Part shown: one piece after another, positions 51,971 to 60,943 of the stretch | Numbering within the stretch: position 1 is the first letter of the stretch | Layout: every line of letters begins with the position of its first letter | Assembly (NCBI GenBank): GCA_963666315.2 | Contig: CAXXHG010000022.1 | Span: 32,001-96,000 of the forward strand | DNA from: Candidatus Binatia bacterium | Lineage (GTDB): Bacteria > Desulfobacterota > Binatia > Bin18 | Length of the DNA stretch: 64,000 bases | Direction: 5' to 3' | Translations under genes and position numbers: made by a program | Notes under the pieces: model-generated | Seen by the model: only the letters and a program-made list of their open reading frames with translations | Database searches by the model: none | What the model was told of the DNA's origin: nothing

Positions 51971-53011
51971 CTATTGGCGGAAATGCGGCATAACCTCTTT
52001 GGCAAACAGTTCCATTGAACGGCGTACCTTTTGCGGATCGAGTCCGGCCATCTGCATCCACATGACCAGGTGGGTCACGCGCGTTTCCTGGCGGTAGCGT
52101 TCGATCTCTTGGATCGCCGCGTCGGGTGTCCCAATGATGAGCGGCGCTTGGAAGAAGGAGAGATCTCGGACATGGCGCATCTCACCAGGCGGGGGGACAC
52201 TCGGTCTGGACATGACCGAAGCACTCCAAGGCAAGTCGTCGGCCTCTTTAAAGCGTCGGTCGTACGAACTCATCATATAGTGCAGATGCGGCTCCACGTC
52301 GTCCCACGCTTTGTCTCGGGTCTCCGCAACATAGACCGCTCGCAGCTGCGCAATATGATAGTCGTCTGGACGCCGACCATGCTGCTGCAATCCAGCGTCA
52401 TACATCCGCTGTAAGTCCGCACCACCACTCCCTCCCAAGTGATAGCCAAGGCGCGCCACTCGGGCCACCGATTTTTCGGCCATCGCCGCAATCCAAATCG
52501 GTGGGTACGGTTTCTGGACCGGCTTCGGAGCTAGCACGACTTCGCGCAGATTGTAGTGCGTGCCGGCAAAGGAGAAGCTGTCTTCCGTAAAACAGCGCCG
52601 GATAATCTCAGTGCCTTCTTCAAGGCGAGAGGCCCGTTCGCGCCGCGGAATGCCAAAACTGGCAAATTCGCTCAGCCAATACCCCTGCCCGATGCCGAGG
52701 TCGAGCCGACCGTCCGAGATGATGTCAACGGTCGCCGCATCTTCTGCCACGCGGACCGGGTTATGCAAAGGCAGGATGATGATATAGGTCCCCAGTCGAA
52801 TGCGACTCGTTTGCATAGCGATAGCGGACAAGATCGGGAAGAGGGACGGCGCCCAAGCATCGTCAGCAAAATGATGCTCAGTCGTCCAGATATGATCGTA
52901 GCCCAACTCCTCCGCCAGGACGGCTTGCTCGATATGGTCCTGGTAGAGCTGCGGAAAAGGCACCGCCCATTGTTTTGGATTCCGAAACGGTAAAAGCAAG
53001 CCAAAATCCAT
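51971..53011 (-). CDS. LLM-class flavin-dependent oxidoreductase
   Basis: IWTTEHHF, PVRVAED, GRLDLGIGQGY; similar to 14775-15788. Confidence 0.92.
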   Translation of the reverse strand: MDFGLLLPFRNPKQWAVPFPQLYQDHIEQAVLAEELGYDHIWTTEHHFADDAWAPSLFPILSAIAMQTSRIRLGTYIIILPLHNPVRVAEDAATVDIISDGRLDLGIGQGYWLSEFASFGIPRRERASRLEEGTEIIRRCFTEDSFSFAGTHYNLREVVLAPKPVQKPYPPIWIAAMAEKSVARVARLGYHLGGSGGADLQRMYDAGLQQHGRRPDDYHIAQLRAVYVAETRDKAWDDVEPHLHYMMSSYDRRFKEADDLPWSASVMSRPSVPPPGEMRHVRDLSFFQAPLIIGTPDAAIQEIERYRQETRVTHLVMWMQMAGLDPQKVRRSMELFAKEVMPHFRQ

Positions 53012-53110
53012 CACGCCCCCTTGTCCCGTCGGCATTCTCACTATCGGAGTCTTGACAACCGGTGTGTACCCAGAGTCAGGCAGCGGTGCTCCGAGGTGAC
53101 AATTGTCTCT

Positions 53111-53286
53111 TCAGCTTAACTGCTCCAATACCGTTTTTGTCTCTTGCAAGTCCGCCGTGTCAAACCCTTCCGTGAACCAATTATAGACCGGCGCGAGAAG
53201 ATCGTGGGCTTCGGTTGTCTTCCCTTGCCCCTGCCACAGCCGGGCCAGGCTCGTGGCGGCGCGCAGTTCCCAGGATTTGGCTTCTG
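53111..53286 (-). pseudogene. AC-TPR 3' end (displaced copy)
   Basis: AKSWELRAATSLARLWQGQGKTTEAHDLLAPVYNWFTEGFDTADLQETKTVLEQLS*. Confidence 0.9.
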
Positions 53287-53297
53287 CAAAGACCGCG

Positions 53298-53738
53298 CTA
53301 CACCCACTCTTCCTCAGTATGGAGGCGGGTCAAGTGGATCTTCTTAAGCTTCCACTGGCCGTCTTCCTTCACATAGTCTTCCTGGTAGTGTCCCCAGCCC
53401 TTAAAGTGGCACGTCGGTAGGCGCACATCGTCGAACATCGACCAGACCCCACGTGCAGTAGTTGCGCTAGTCAGCTCGATTTCCGGCATATACCCCTGAT
53501 GGATCGATTTGGCGCCGGTCATCAGACTCCGGATCCCGTCCACCAGCGCGTCGCGCCCCGTGATCTCGATGTCACGCGGCAGATCCTTGCTCGCCCGTGG
53601 CGCACCCTCGTATAGCGCCGAAACATCAGCAGTAAAACATTCCGGGAAGAGGTCCCACTGCTGCGTGTCCATCAATCGGAAATAGCGCGCTTTGAGTTGC
53701 CGGATGGCTTCCACATCGTTGAGTTGGTCGCCGGTCAT
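53298..53738 (-). CDS. SnoaL/NTF2-like (BaiE/LinA-type) protein
   Basis: EAIRQLKARYFRLMD, PEIEL, GHYQEDYVKEDGQWK. Confidence 0.88.
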   Translation of the reverse strand: MTGDQLNDVEAIRQLKARYFRLMDTQQWDLFPECFTADVSALYEGAPRASKDLPRDIEITGRDALVDGIRSLMTGAKSIHQGYMPEIELTSATTARGVWSMFDDVRLPTCHFKGWGHYQEDYVKEDGQWKLKKIHLTRLHTEEEWV

Positions 53739-53833
53739 GTCTTGCTCCCTTCGGCTGCGTGTTCTTTGGTCTTCCGGCACAGAATACGTAACCACTCCGC
53801 ACCCAACAAGTTATGATATTTTCTGTCCTTGAG

Positions 53834-54265
53834 TCACTCCACCTCCCCATTCTCCATCCAACCCGCATAACTCGGGATCCCCGCCGGTTGATGCACCCAG
53901 CCATGCCGGCGTCTGCCGTAGACGGCCACATTCGGAGCGGGGAATCGGAGGTCTGTAAGGCAGCCCACGGCGACCACGATCTGACCACTCAGGGTAGGCA
54001 AACCTGGGATCACCCAATAGACCGTGGTCCCACAGGTCGGGCAGAAGTGAAACTCAATAACGAACCCTGCCTCGCCCGTGCGCTGATACACGTGTGTTTC
54101 ACCGTCGATCGTGACCTTCGGGCGCTCAAACAGAGCCGCGAGACTATACGTCGTGCCCGTGCGTCGCTGACATAGTTCGCAATGACACATCACCACCTGC
54201 GTAGGGTCTCCTTCACAGCGCACCTGAAGCTGCCCGCAATGACACGCAGCCGTTTGTTGTTTCAT
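53834..54265 (-). CDS. GFA (glutathione-dependent formaldehyde-activating) family protein
   Basis: CHCG, CHCELCQR, FCPTCGT. Confidence 0.9.
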   Translation of the reverse strand: MKQQTAACHCGQLQVRCEGDPTQVVMCHCELCQRRTGTTYSLAALFERPKVTIDGETHVYQRTGEAGFVIEFHFCPTCGTTVYWVIPGLPTLSGQIVVAVGCLTDLRFPAPNVAVYGRRRHGWVHQPAGIPSYAGWMENGEVE

Positions 54266-54339
54266 TCCGTCCTCCTCGTAATCGCTCTAGCGAGAAAGGC
54301 GTATGCTCAGCATCTCCCCGCTGCAAGGATCAACGAGTC

Positions 54340-54729
54340 TTATGCCTCGGCGAGATGGAACCACGGCAGACGTTCCTCTGGAAAATACTGTCTCCTGCTC
54401 GGCTGCAGCCGCGCGGCGTGATCGAACGCCCCGACAGGGAAATGCGTTTCCGTCGGCCCAGGGAGACTTTCGCAAGTCAAAGTGGACCCGCACCGGGGGC
54501 AAAATCCGCGCCGTGTTCTGCCTGGCGTAGAATCGAACTTGGTGATCTCGCCTTTGGTCACGGTATACGCCTCGCAGTCGAATGCCACGAAGACAGAAAC
54601 CGGCGCGCCACTATGCCTGCGACAACTTTGGCAATGACACCAATATACCCCCTTCGGTTCACCCGTTGCGATAAAACGGACCGCCCCGCACAGGCAGCCC
54701 CCTTCAAACTGCTCGGTCGTGCCGCTCAT
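54340..54729 (-). CDS. GFA family protein
   Basis: GGCLCG, CHCQSCR, FCPRCGS. Confidence 0.9.
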   Translation of the reverse strand: MSGTTEQFEGGCLCGAVRFIATGEPKGVYWCHCQSCRRHSGAPVSVFVAFDCEAYTVTKGEITKFDSTPGRTRRGFCPRCGSTLTCESLPGPTETHFPVGAFDHAARLQPSRRQYFPEERLPWFHLAEA

Positions 54730-54908
54730 GATCTGATCCTCCTACCTCGCCTTGGAATCAGTTAGTACGTCGGAAAAAGGCCGTGCCTTCTCCGGCCCCT
54801 AACCGCGCTAATCTATCTTACATATGGGCCTGCCGATAGCAAATAGACAAAGATGAGCGGTAAGCGTTTCTTGGGAGCCCCTGAGCTGGCCTTGGAGCCA
54901 GCAATCAG

Positions 54909-55271
54909 TCATGAGAGTTGGTCGAGCAGCGCCTTCGCGTCTTTCAAATCCGCCGTATCAAAGCCTTCCGTGAACCAATTATAGACCGGCGCGAGAAGAT
55001 CGTGGGCTTCGGTTGTCTTCCCTTGCCCCTGCCACAGCCGGGCCAGGCTCGTGGCGGCGCGCAGTTCCCAGGATTTGGCACTCTGGTGGCGAGCAACTTC
55101 AAGAGCGGTGTGAAAAGCGGCTTCTGATTCCGCATGATTGGCTTGCGACTGCTGGAGCAACAGCTCGCCCTTGAGGCGGTATAGCTCGACTTCGTAGTAA
55201 TGCTCCTCCGTTTCGTGCACTATATCTAGCCCTTCTGTTACTGCCTGCAGCCCTTCCTCACTCCTCCCGAC
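54909..55271 (-). pseudogene. AC-AAA-TPR gene, C-terminal TPR part, cut by IS6
   Basis: ELYRLKGELLL...AKSWELRAATSLARLW...FDTADLKDAKALLDQLS*. Confidence 0.9.
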
Positions 55272-56110
55272 GGTACTGTCAGCTTAACGAGGGGTTTGCC
55301 AACTATTGGTGTCTTATGCCGTGACAAGGGCATGAGTTCCTGTAGTACAAGTCTGTATAGAAGGCACCGGTTTCCGCCCGAAATCACCGCCCACGCGGTC
55401 TGGCTGTATCACCGTTTTAGCCTCAGTTTTCGTGAAGTCGAAGAACTCTTAGCCGAGCGCGGTGTCACCGTGAGCTATGAAGCCGTGCGTCAATGGTGTC
55501 TCAAGTTTGGCCACGCGTTCGCCCAGAAGCTCCGACACCAGCGAGGACGCCCGGGCGATACGTGGTATCTGGACGAGGTATTTATCCGCATCAGGGGCGA
55601 GCGCTACCACCTGTGGCGCGCTGTAGATCAAGATGGCCAGACGCTCGATATTCTCGTGCAGAAACGGCGCAATACCGGAGCGGCCAAGCGCTTCTTTCGG
55701 AAGTTATTGAAGGGTTTACGCTATGTGCCCAACCGCCTCATCACCGATAAACTTCGTAGTTATGGGTCAGCCCACCGAGATATTATGCCGTCGGTGACTC
55801 ACTGCACCACGCAGTACGCCAACAACCAGGCCGAAGTCTCTCATCAACCGACTCGGCAACGCGAACGCCACATGCCCGCTTCAAGTCTCTACGACACGTC
55901 CAACGCTTCCTCTCTGTCCATGGACCGATCAACAACCTCTTTCGAGTCGGTCGCCACCTCATGAAGGCAGTCCACTGTCGGTTGTTCCGAGACAAGGCAT
56001 TTGCAACCTGGCGGGACGTGACCACGGGGCTGGAAGTGGCGTAAGGATGCCCCTCATCTTACCTCACACTACGTGATTTTCGCACTCTGCCCCGATAACT
56101 TGACAGTACG
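55272..56110 (+). mobile_element. IS6-family element; transposase 55332-56044 frameshifted ~55875
   Basis: IRs ggtactgtcagctta / taacttgacagtac; WYLDE, WRAVDQDG, ITDK; no target-site duplication. Confidence 0.92.
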
Positions 56111-56828
56111 AGTGATAAGTATCGGTGCTAATGACCAGGGTGTCTGGTGCTGCTTGGCCTTGCACGCGGGCCGCAATATTCGGTGTCTCTCCCAGGGCCA
56201 ATTGTTCAGTATGTTCGCCACCACCCACTGCGCCAATGACCACGGGGCCGGTGTGCAGACCAATGCGGGCTTGGATCGGCTGAGCCAGCTCAAGTCTCGG
56301 TAAGGCCGCCAGGATGTCCAGCCCGGCTCTGACTCCCCGAATCGCATCGTCTTCATGCGCCGCTGGGTAGCCGAAGTACACCAGGATGCCATCCCCCAGG
56401 TATTGGGCGATATCACCCTCGTAGCGTTCAATGACTTGCCGACACGCGTCTTGATACGTGCCGACTATGGCGTGTAAGTCTTCCGGGTCGAGTTGTTCGG
56501 AGAGTGTCGTTGAGCCCACCACGTCGCAGAACATGACCGTCAGTTGGCGGCGTTCGCCTGCGGAAGTCTCAGGCAGAGCACAAGGTGGTGTTGGGGCCGT
56601 TGTCTCAGCCGGCGGACTTACGCCGTCACCGGAGATGGTATCATCATTCCAGACCAAGACTTTGCCATCTTCATCAACGGCTACGCGCTCGCCTATGATC
56701 AACTCGTCCTTAAGGGTATCCAGCGACTCCTCGTCAAGCTTGAATTACCGCTTCAGGGTCCGGTACGTGACCCGACCCTTGCTCCGCAGCACTGCCTTCG
56801 CTTGCTCGATCACCTCAAGAAAATCCAT
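56111..56828 (-). pseudogene. AC gene 5' part (stop at 56745), cut by IS6
   Basis: MDFLEVIEQAKAVLRSKGRV..., GERRQLTVMFCDVVGST, GDGILVYFGYP, GETPNIAAR. Confidence 0.9.
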
Positions 56829-57004
56829 GTGCCCCGCCTGTCGCGGGGATTATAGGCAACATCGAGGCTGATGAACAGAGTTGCGCTACTCGCTCAAGTT
56901 GCGACCACACTGCCGACTAAGGCTACGCTGTCGCGCACATCAGAATGAGCAGTGAAAAGTGCGCCGCATGCGTCGCAACCGTCACACAAAACACGGGTGA
57001 TTCT
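56829..57004 (-). promoter_or_regulatory. Conserved island leader with TATAAT (56849-56854)
   Basis: Homologous to 481-659. Confidence 0.75.
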
Positions 57005-57070
57005 TATCACGATGTTAAGATGTGGCGTCACCGTGGGACCAAGGGGAGCGGCAAGAAGGAAGGCGTTGTT

Positions 57071-57091
57071 GAGTAGAAACAGAGTAGAAAT
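57071..57091. repeat. Putative arm-type site, island B right
   Basis: Identical to 46722-46742. Confidence 0.8.
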
Positions 57092-57227
57092 ATTTGGTGC
57101 GAAACCAGGTCAAACGAGAGAGATGGGGAACAATAGGAAACGTGGGAGATCACACAGGTATACCAGCGAAGACGCAGGGTCACCGCTAACTAGCTGCTTT
57201 CGATTGAGTTTTACCTTGGGGGCCTTT

Positions 57228-57275
57228 GCGGGTTCGAAGCCCGTTGCTCTATCCAGACTGAGCTAAGGGCGCGTA
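57228..57275 (-). repeat. att site: 5' half of tRNA-Arg with a UCG anticodon arm, no T arm
   Basis: gcgcccttagctcagtctggatagagc-a-acggg-ctTCGaa-cccgc followed by unrelated sequence. Confidence 0.85.
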
Positions 57276-57500
57276 GATGAGAAAAGCGAACGCTGCAAGC
57301 GAGAGGGCTGACCAAAAAGGGTCCGCTAGGGCTTTCGTTATACCACACGCCGCCGGGAGATCGCAACTCGACCCTTTTGTTACCATTTTTTTTTGACAGT
57401 TCTTATTGTGAAACTTCTGTATACGCACCCTGCTTCAGTTACTATACCGGCAAGAGGGAACTTGCCGTCCTAACTACCGTTCTTCCTCTAGGAGGCTGTT

Positions 57501-58094
57501 ATGTGTGGGGGATGTGTTCGTCTTTGTGCTGTATTGATTGGTCTTCTTATTCTCGTTTTACCGCAGCGACTCTTGGCCACAACCGTCCTTTCCCAAAGCT
57601 TTCCGGACCTGGTGCATAAGGCCGAGGTTATTGCCGTCGGAACCGTAACAGGCATCAATAATCACTGGGATGCCGCGCACCGGGCACCATTTACTGTTGT
57701 TACCTTCTCGAACTTGAACGTACTGAAAGGCACGACCGAGGGAGACACCCTCAGCTTGTATTTCCTTGGCGGTATCACCCCAAAGGGACATACGATCTCC
57801 GTTCATGGCGTTCCACGCTTTTCAATAGGTGAGAAAAACATTGTCTTTTGTGTAGGCAATCAGCGCAATTTCAGTCCATTAGTCGGCGTGTGGCAAGGCC
57901 GACTGCGCGTTGCTTTTGATACGCAGCGTCAGGTCGAAACGGTTCAGGACAACTTCAATGCCCCGATTCTGGGCGTTCAGAATGGACAGTTTTTGAAAAA
58001 GACTCCGGGCAGCCAGGCTCGGCAACAACAATCGGTTTCTCTGTCTTCTTTCTTGCAGTTGATCCAAAATGAGCTGGGGAAGGACAATGACTAA
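57501..58094 (+). CDS. Secreted hypothetical protein
   Basis: Signal peptide, RBS ggagg, overlaps the next start codon. Confidence 0.75.
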   Translation: MCGGCVRLCAVLIGLLILVLPQRLLATTVLSQSFPDLVHKAEVIAVGTVTGINNHWDAAHRAPFTVVTFSNLNVLKGTTEGDTLSLYFLGGITPKGHTISVHGVPRFSIGEKNIVFCVGNQRNFSPLVGVWQGRLRVAFDTQRQVETVQDNFNAPILGVQNGQFLKKTPGSQARQQQSVSLSSFLQLIQNELGKDND

Positions 58095-59163
58095 TCAAAC
58101 AAGCAAACGCCAACGGCCTATGCTCTGGGTGTGGGGGCTGAGTAGCGTACTCCTCTGCGCGCTTGTTCTTCTTCCTCCAGCTGCTCGTCCTTTTGTTCGG
58201 ATTACTTTTCCGTCTGGCACGTCGGCATTCTGGTCCGCAGCTCAGGCCGATCTCAACCTCCAGCTTGGTTGTCCAGAAACGCCGCTATCCGACTTTGGTC
58301 CGTGTTGGGATGATGTGGCAAAGAGTGCAGCCGAAAGCTGGAATACGAATGCGGAAATATTTCGCTTCACCACTCCTCCTCCGACCCCAGCTTCCCCGTG
58401 TGAAGACGTGGAGAGTCTGGACTTTCTCAATACTGTGGCTTTCCAGGACACCCTGTGTGGGACTGCATTTGGTGGGGCGGTGGCCGTCACTTTTTCCAGA
58501 GTGTTCTCAACCGGAGAACTCGTGGATACCGGTGTGGTGGTCAATGGAAACCTCACCTGGTCTGCCTATACTGGTCCTCTCGGATTTCCATTCGACCTGC
58601 GCCGTGTCCTTATTCACGAATTTGGGCACGTCCTGGGGTTAGACCACCCCAATCAATCCGGACAAACCGTGGATGCTATTATGAATAGTACGGTCAGTGA
58701 TCTCGACGAGCTTCAGGCCGACGACATCGCAGGAGTGAACGCTATTTACCCTGGGTCTCCAGTTGGGGTATTGGAGAACCCACAACCGGATAGCTCGGTC
58801 AGTGGCTTGGCCATTATTACCGGCTGGATTTGTTCAGCGAGCATCGTCACGCTGGGCATTGATGGAGTTTTTTACACCGTCCTATATGGCTCATCTCGCA
58901 TCGATACCATCCCGACCTGTGGCGATGAATTTAATGGTTTCGGCTTTCCGATTAACTGGAACCTGCTGGGCGATGGTCTCCACACCATCATTGTTTTTGC
59001 AGACGGCGTCGAGGTTGGCCGAGCAACAGTCACCGTGACCACACTCGGCCAGGAATTTCTCGCCGGGGCGAGTGGGACGTTTACCTTGAGCTTTAACGGG
59101 CTGGAGGTTGTGATTGAGTGGAAGGAGAGCCTGCAGAATTTCCTGATCACGGGTATGCAATAA
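58087..59163 (+). CDS. Secreted matrixin-like (metzincin) metalloprotease with C-terminal beta domain
   Basis: HEFGHVLGLDH plus AIM Met-turn. Confidence 0.88.
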   Translation: MTNQTSKRQRPMLWVWGLSSVLLCALVLLPPAARPFVRITFPSGTSAFWSAAQADLNLQLGCPETPLSDFGPCWDDVAKSAAESWNTNAEIFRFTTPPPTPASPCEDVESLDFLNTVAFQDTLCGTAFGGAVAVTFSRVFSTGELVDTGVVVNGNLTWSAYTGPLGFPFDLRRVLIHEFGHVLGLDHPNQSGQTVDAIMNSTVSDLDELQADDIAGVNAIYPGSPVGVLENPQPDSSVSGLAIITGWICSASIVTLGIDGVFYTVLYGSSRIDTIPTCGDEFNGFGFPINWNLLGDGLHTIIVFADGVEVGRATVTVTTLGQEFLAGASGTFTLSFNGLEVVIEWKESLQNFLITGMQ

Positions 59164-59168
59164 AAGTA

Positions 59169-59257
59169 CGGAGAGGGAGGGATTCGAACCCTCGGTACGC
59201 GTCAAGACGTACACTCGCTTAGCAGGCGAGCGCCTTCGACCACTCGGCCACCTCTCC
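59169..59257 (-). tRNA. tRNA-Ser(GCT)
   Basis: ggagaggtggccgagtggtcgaaggcgctcgcctGCTaagcgagt...gggttcgaatccctccctctccg with long variable arm. Confidence 0.96.
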
Positions 59258-59467
59258 CTGGCATCGTTGGTGAGATTTGATCCTATCGATTCCCTTTCCT
59301 TCGTGCAACGACATTCATTGCTTACACTGAAGCACCGTCCCTATACCCAACTGTCCGTCTATATTCGTAAGCCTACATAATAACCTGTGTTTTCAGTATT
59401 CTTAACCTGCTGAAAGAAGGCAGTACTAGTTCCTCATAGAGATGCTTGGAGTGGTCTTGACAATCTT

Positions 59468-59488
59468 AATTGAAAATGATTTTCAATT
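59468..59488. promoter_or_regulatory. Fur-box-like palindrome next to TTGACA (59457)
   Basis: aattgaaaatgattttcaatt, perfect inverted repeat. Confidence 0.8.
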
Positions 59489-59494
59489 TCAATT

Positions 59495-60943
59495 ATGAAT
59501 TTACGGAAACACCGAAAGCTGTGGAAAATCGTGTTAGCCCTCGGCGCTGCAGCTCTTGCCATAAGCATGCCCAGACCGACTTATGCGATGAACGAAGATC
59601 GCATGCAGCAGCTTGAGGAACAATTGACAACGATGCAACAAGCCATGTCCGCCATGCAGCAGGAGCTGCAGACGCTACGGGCTGAGCAGCAACAAGAAAA
59701 GGAAGAGCACGCCCGCAAGCAAAATGTGCTGGCGGAAGAAGTCGATAAGCTGCGCACAAGCTTAACCATTCCGGAGTTCAAGCCCTTAACCATGGAGGAC
59801 AGCGTATACGGCCTCGGGCCGGCAGCATCCAAAGTGTACGGGGTTGCGAGCGGACTGTCGCTCGGCGGGTATGGCGAAGCCTTTTACCGTAAGGATGTAG
59901 GCGACAAAACCAAAAGCGACCGAGACACCGCCGACTTTCTGCGCTTCGTGCTCTATGCGGGGTATAAGTTCACAGAACGCATCATTTTGAATGCCGAACT
60001 GGAATTCGAACACGCCACAACCAGCTCAACGGAAAGTGCAGGCGGGGGGTCGGTGTCAGTGGAGTTCGCCTATCTCGATTTCCTAACGTGGAAATGGATG
60101 AACTTCCGCGTCGGCATGCTCCTCGTGCCTATGGGCATTGTCAATGAACTCCACGAGCCCGTCTTCTTTAACGGCGTGGAGCGGCCGGAAGTCGAGCGAC
60201 GTATTATTCTTTCCACGTGGCGAGAAAACGGCATCGGCATCTTTGGCGAGCTGGGCGCGCTGGCCGAAGGACTCGAATACCGCATCTACGGGATCAATGG
60301 TCTGAATGCTAAAGGCTTTCGCGACACTGGCATTCGCGGCGGTCGTCAGAAAGGTAATCGTACCCTGGCCGAGGACATTGCGTTTGTGGCACGACTCGAC
60401 TATTCTCCGACGCCGAATTTCATGCTGGGCGCGTCCGTGTATACCGGAGACTCCGGACAGAACCAGGAAATCGATACGGTCGAGTTGCCAGACTCGCGGA
60501 TCACAATCTGGGAGCTGCACAGCATCTATCGTTACGCTGGTCTTGAGGCACGCGGTCTATTTGCCATGTCCCACCTGGGTGACGCAGGCGAGTTGACGGA
60601 TGCGCTGCGTGAAATCGGCGAACTGGGCTCAAGCCGCACTCTGGCCAGCCAAATGATCGGTGGCTACGGCGAAATCTCGTACGACATTATGCCCCTTCTG
60701 TATCCGGGCAGTGACCACACTCTCACCCCGTTCTTACGCTTCGCTTATCTCAACCTGCAACATAAAACGCCATCCGGCTCACACTATCAGGTGAATCCCA
60801 GTCGCGAGATGCGTATCTGGACGCCAGGTGTTAGCTATAAGCCGCATCCCAACGTCGTACTCAAGGTGGATTACCGCAACTTTAATACGGTGCAGGGTCA
60901 TCGTGCGAATGAGGTAAATTTTGGTATTGGCTTTGTCTTTTAG
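59495..60943 (+). CDS. Outer-membrane porin-like beta-barrel with N-terminal coiled coil
   Basis: Signal peptide, GGYGE, ELEFEH, VEFAYLDF, NELHEP, C-terminal Phe. Confidence 0.82.
   Translation: MNLRKHRKLWKIVLALGAAALAISMPRPTYAMNEDRMQQLEEQLTTMQQAMSAMQQELQTLRAEQQQEKEEHARKQNVLAEEVDKLRTSLTIPEFKPLTMEDSVYGLGPAASKVYGVASGLSLGGYGEAFYRKDVGDKTKSDRDTADFLRFVLYAGYKFTERIILNAELEFEHATTSSTESAGGGSVSVEFAYLDFLTWKWMNFRVGMLLVPMGIVNELHEPVFFNGVERPEVERRIILSTWRENGIGIFGELGALAEGLEYRIYGINGLNAKGFRDTGIRGGRQKGNRTLAEDIAFVARLDYSPTPNFMLGASVYTGDSGQNQEIDTVELPDSRITIWELHSIYRYAGLEARGLFAMSHLGDAGELTDALREIGELGSSRTLASQMIGGYGEISYDIMPLLYPGSDHTLTPFLRFAYLNLQHKTPSGSHYQVNPSREMRIWTPGVSYKPHPNVVLKVDYRNFNTVQGHRANEVNFGIGFVF

Larger units (their letters stand above)
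46677..57245. mobile_element. Genomic island B (~10.6 kb), flanked by a duplication of the tRNA-Arg 5' end
   Basis: 30-bp repeat at 46647-46676 and 57246-57275, 21-bp arm repeat at both ends, integrase domain adjacent to the tRNA. Confidence 0.85.

Noticed and set aside
53151-55079. Near-identical repeats as a DGR template/variable pair
   Set aside because: Only two synonymous differences, not adenine-specific, and no reverse transcriptase in the window.
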